In this document: positions 17,285-20,000 of the stretch, piece after piece
Layout: each line of letters begins with the position of its first letter
Position numbering within the stretch: the stretch's first letter is position 1
Source: an uncultured virus (IMG/VR IMGVR_UViG_3300029305_001083)
Taxonomy: Duplodnaviria; Heunggongvirae; Uroviricota; Caudoviricetes
Strand: one strand, 5' to 3'
Virus record (IMG/VR): IMGVR_UViG_3300029305_001083
DNA length: 20,000 bases
Position numbers and translations under genes: made by a program
Notes under the pieces: generated by a model
Database searches by the model: none
Seen by the model: only the letters and a program-made list of their open reading frames with translations
Told to the model about the DNA's origin: nothing

Positions 17285-20000
17285 ATGAGCCTATCAAACG
17301 AATTAATATCAAAATTTGTCAAAATAACCAATGATTTCAATAGAGACGAACCAAAAGAAGGAACTGTATATGGTACAGCGGTTGAGTATGAAGGTGAAAT
17401 ATATGTAAAAATAGACGGATCGGATTTATTAACCCCTATAGATACTACTGCGGATATCAAAGAGGGTGAACGCGTCACCGTAATGATTAAAAACCACAAC
17501 GCGACCGTATCTGGTAATATTTCATCGCCTTCTGCTAGTAGTAATGATGTTAAAAAAGTAACACAAGATGTGGAATCAATCGGTAGTCAAATAACCGAAT
17601 TCGAGATTATTGTGGCAGATAAAGTTAGCACGAAAGAATTGGATGCGGAAGTTGCACGAATAGATACACTCATTGCTGGAAAAGCTACCATAGAAGAATT
17701 AGAAGCCGTGGATGCTAAGATAAAAAATTTAGATGTTGAAGTATTGGAAGCTGTAAATGCTAAAATAGAGAACCTTGAAGCAAAAGATGCGCATATCGAA
17801 AATCTCGTAGCCGATAATTTAAAAGCTACTAATGCAGAAATAGAAATATTGGACGCTGAAGTTGCTGATATAAAAACGCTGGTTAACGGTAATTTAACAA
17901 GCGATAATATTCTCTCGTTTCATATAACAGCGGATAACGTGACGATGGACGATGCATTCATATCAGATGCCATGATTGCGAATGTTAGTGCTGGGAAAAT
18001 AAGCTCGGGACACATAAATACTAATTTGGTAAATATTCAAAGCGAAGATGGAAGTATGTTGATAAACGGATCAACCCAACAATTCAAGGATGACGAAGGA
18101 AATGTACGTATACAGATAGGTAAAGATGAGAGTGGTGATTTCACTTTCATACTATATGGCGAGGATGGAAAAGGTCAAATATTAAATCAAAATGGTATAA
18201 CTTCATCGGCTATAGCAGATGGTTTGATAGTTAATAGTATGGTTAGCGATAATGCCGCCATATCAGGCGGTAAGTTGGATATTTCAAGTGTTATAACGGA
18301 AATAAACGATGATAATAGCACAACGATAAAATCTAATAAAATTTATTTGAATGACCAAAAACAATCACTCGAAGTGGCATTCAACAGTCTTAAGACTAAA
18401 GTTGACATGATCCAAGATGTAACTATTGATGGCGATTTATCATCGGTTATAGCGCAAGTACAAACCAACACTACACAAATAAATGTTAATAAAGAGGGTA
18501 TTAATGCTCTTGTGGCCGAGGACAATATATTAAAAAAACAAATAACCGATTTAAACGGGGAAGTGTCGTCGGTTGAAGAAACATTGAGTTCTAAATATAC
18601 ATCCCTGGAACAAAATGTTAATGGGTTTAAAACCTCGGTGGCCGATACATATGTATCGAAAGGAGAGTTTAAAGGACTTCAAATTGGTGGTAGAAATTTA
18701 TTATTGGATACATCTACACCTAAGAGTATAGTTGGTAATAATGGTTCAAACCAAACCATGTTATTATATACTATATCCGACCCATCTAAAGTTACAGGTG
18801 ATGTAACTTTCAGCTTCACATATATTATAGATGGATATGAGAGCGGTGATATCAAAATACAAACCCGCCCAACACAGTATATGAATCTACTTGATCCTTC
18901 AATAAAACCCACCGAAGATGGCGTGTTCCACTATACCCATACCGCGACTATCAATCTTGGTACTATTAGTTTTAAGGAGATTCAAATTCGACTAGATAAT
19001 TTCATCGGCAGTGTAACTATATCCGAGATGAAGCTGGAACAAGGTGAAAAAGCAACAACCTGGACCCCAGCACCCGAAGACTTAGAGAAGGTAGTTGATG
19101 ATCTAGATAGCAATCTAACAAGCAACTACTCAACTACATCAGCCATGAACTCGGCTATTAATCAAAAAGCGAATGAAATTACAAGTTCTGTAAGTAGTAC
19201 TTACGCGACCAAAACGTCGGTTACCAATCTAAGTAACAACCTTTCTAATAATTACTCAACCACATCAGCTATGAACTCGGCTATTAATCAAAAAGCGAAT
19301 GAAATTACAAGTTCTGTAAGTAGTACTTATGCCACAAAAACATCGCTCAATAATCTAAGTAATGATCTTTCCAATCTATCTATAGGTAGCAGAAATCTGG
19401 TACGAGAGAAAAGTGGCTATAAATATGGATATTTACGTTCGTCAACGGGTGATCAGGTCGATACCGGTAGTCTTAATGGAAATAAAGATGCCTACTCCAC
19501 ATTTTACATTCAAGTAAAAAAAGATGAGGAGTACACGCTTACCGCCTATGATAGCACTGAAAATATTACAGGGGCCATAACCTTACTTTTCTATGATGCG
19601 AATAAACAATGGATCTCATCACACCCAATACACCACGACGGGGTGAGTAGTATAACACCGAAGTCAAAAATTGTAAAGATGCCTAGTGATGGTTATATTA
19701 GATATTCGCGTAGGGGTTACGGATTATTAAAGGTTAAATTAGAAAAAGGTAATAAAGCGACGGATTGGACCCCAGCACCCGAGGATATTCAAAGCGATAT
19801 CGATGGTATAACTAATAATCTATCCGTAAATTACTCAACTACGTCGGCCATGAACTCGGCTATTAATCAAAAAGCGAATGAAATTACAAGTTCTGTAAGT
19901 AGTACTTACGCGACCAAAACGTCGGTTACCAATCTAAGTAACAACCTTTCTAATAATTACTCAACCACATCAGCTATGAACTCGGCTATTAATCAAAAAG
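17285..20000 (+). CDS. Tail fibre / receptor-binding protein (3'-truncated; absent from ORF track)
   Basis: ATG at 17285 after GGAGGTGA. My manual translation is open for about 905 codons to the window end (MSLSNELISKFVKITND...). Contains a coiled-coil-like region, two G[GS]RNL...KLExGxKATxWTPAPED domains and 42-aa repeats. Confidence 0.88.
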   Translation, partial: MSLSNELISKFVKITNDFNRDEPKEGTVYGTAVEYEGEIYVKIDGSDLLTPIDTTADIKEGERVTVMIKNHNATVSGNISSPSASSNDVKKVTQDVESIGSQITEFEIIVADKVSTKELDAEVARIDTLIAGKATIEELEAVDAKIKNLDVEVLEAVNAKIENLEAKDAHIENLVADNLKATNAEIEILDAEVADIKTLVNGNLTSDNILSFHITADNVTMDDAFISDAMIANVSAGKISSGHINTNLVNIQSEDGSMLINGSTQQFKDDEGNVRIQIGKDESGDFTFILYGEDGKGQILNQNGITSSAIADGLIVNSMVSDNAAISGGKLDISSVITEINDDNSTTIKSNKIYLNDQKQSLEVAFNSLKTKVDMIQDVTIDGDLSSVIAQVQTNTTQINVNKEGINALVAEDNILKKQITDLNGEVSSVEETLSSKYTSLEQNVNGFKTSVADTYVSKGEFKGLQIGGRNLLLDTSTPKSIVGNNGSNQTMLLYTISDPSKVTGDVTFSFTYIIDGYESGDIKIQTRPTQYMNLLDPSIKPTEDGVFHYTHTATINLGTISFKEIQIRLDNFIGSVTISEMKLEQGEKATTWTPAPEDLEKVVDDLDSNLTSNYSTTSAMNSAINQKANEITSSVSSTYATKTSVTNLSNNLSNNYSTTSAMNSAINQKANEITSSVSSTYATKTSLNNLSNDLSNLSIGSRNLVREKSGYKYGYLRSSTGDQVDTGSLNGNKDAYSTFYIQVKKDEEYTLTAYDSTENITGAITLLFYDANKQWISSHPIHHDGVSSITPKSKIVKMPSDGYIRYSRRGYGLLKVKLEKGNKATDWTPAPEDIQSDIDGITNNLSVNYSTTSAMNSAINQKANEITSSVSSTYATKTSVTNLSNNLSNNYSTTSAMNSAINQK
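19124..19375 (+). repeat. Tandem 126-bp (42-aa) repeat x2 in tail fibre
   Basis: NYSTTSAMNSAINQKANEITSSVSSTYATKTS units start at 19124 and 19250. Confidence 0.95.
19829..20000 (+). repeat. Second tandem set of the 126-bp repeat (truncated by window end)
   Basis: Units start at 19829 and 19955. 19847-20000 is identical to 19142-19295. Confidence 0.95.

Noticed and set aside
19124..20000. Tail-fibre repeats as a DGR template/variable pair or a CRISPR array
   Set aside because: Differences between copies are mostly synonymous third-position changes, not adenine-specific. The repeats are in-frame coding units of 126 bp, and no reverse transcriptase or cas gene is in the window.
1..20000. Stop-codon reassignment
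   Set aside because: Genes tile the window under the standard code, and TAA, TAG and TGA all end genes at sensible boundaries.
17281..20000. Apparent non-coding region and small minus-strand ORFs in the ORF track
   Set aside because: The region is one open + strand frame from 17285 with no stop inside the window, which is probably why the track omitted it.

Overview
The window is one + strand, AT-rich virion morphogenesis operon of a long-tailed (siphovirus-like) phage or prophage. Strong Shine-Dalgarno sites suggest a Gram-positive (Bacillota-like) host, which is an inference. Gene order: large terminase (5'-truncated), two paralogous accessory genes, portal, fused prohead protease/major capsid, head-closure, tail terminator, major tail, hairpin, tail chaperone, conserved hypothetical, HK97 gp10-like, tape measure, FN3-rich tail protein, hub-like protein, and a 3'-truncated tail fibre missing from the ORF track (17285..>20000). 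Four observations stand out. (1) The two accessory genes start with a 100% identical 146-bp block (upstream stop + RBS + 43-codon 'ELYHHGIKGQKWGVRR' leader) followed by highly diverged, possibly ADP-ribosyltransferase-like domains. (2) The L-x-H motif of that leader also clusters in the protease-capsid linker, suggesting a shared maturation signal and a system of capsid-packaged, exchangeable cargo proteins. (3) The 8-mer TCAAAATG recurs at least 11 times on the + strand in different reading frames. (4) The tail fibre is built from 705-bp modules in which variable domains are separated by near-identical DNA spacers. All functional calls come from motif recognition and synteny; no searches were run.
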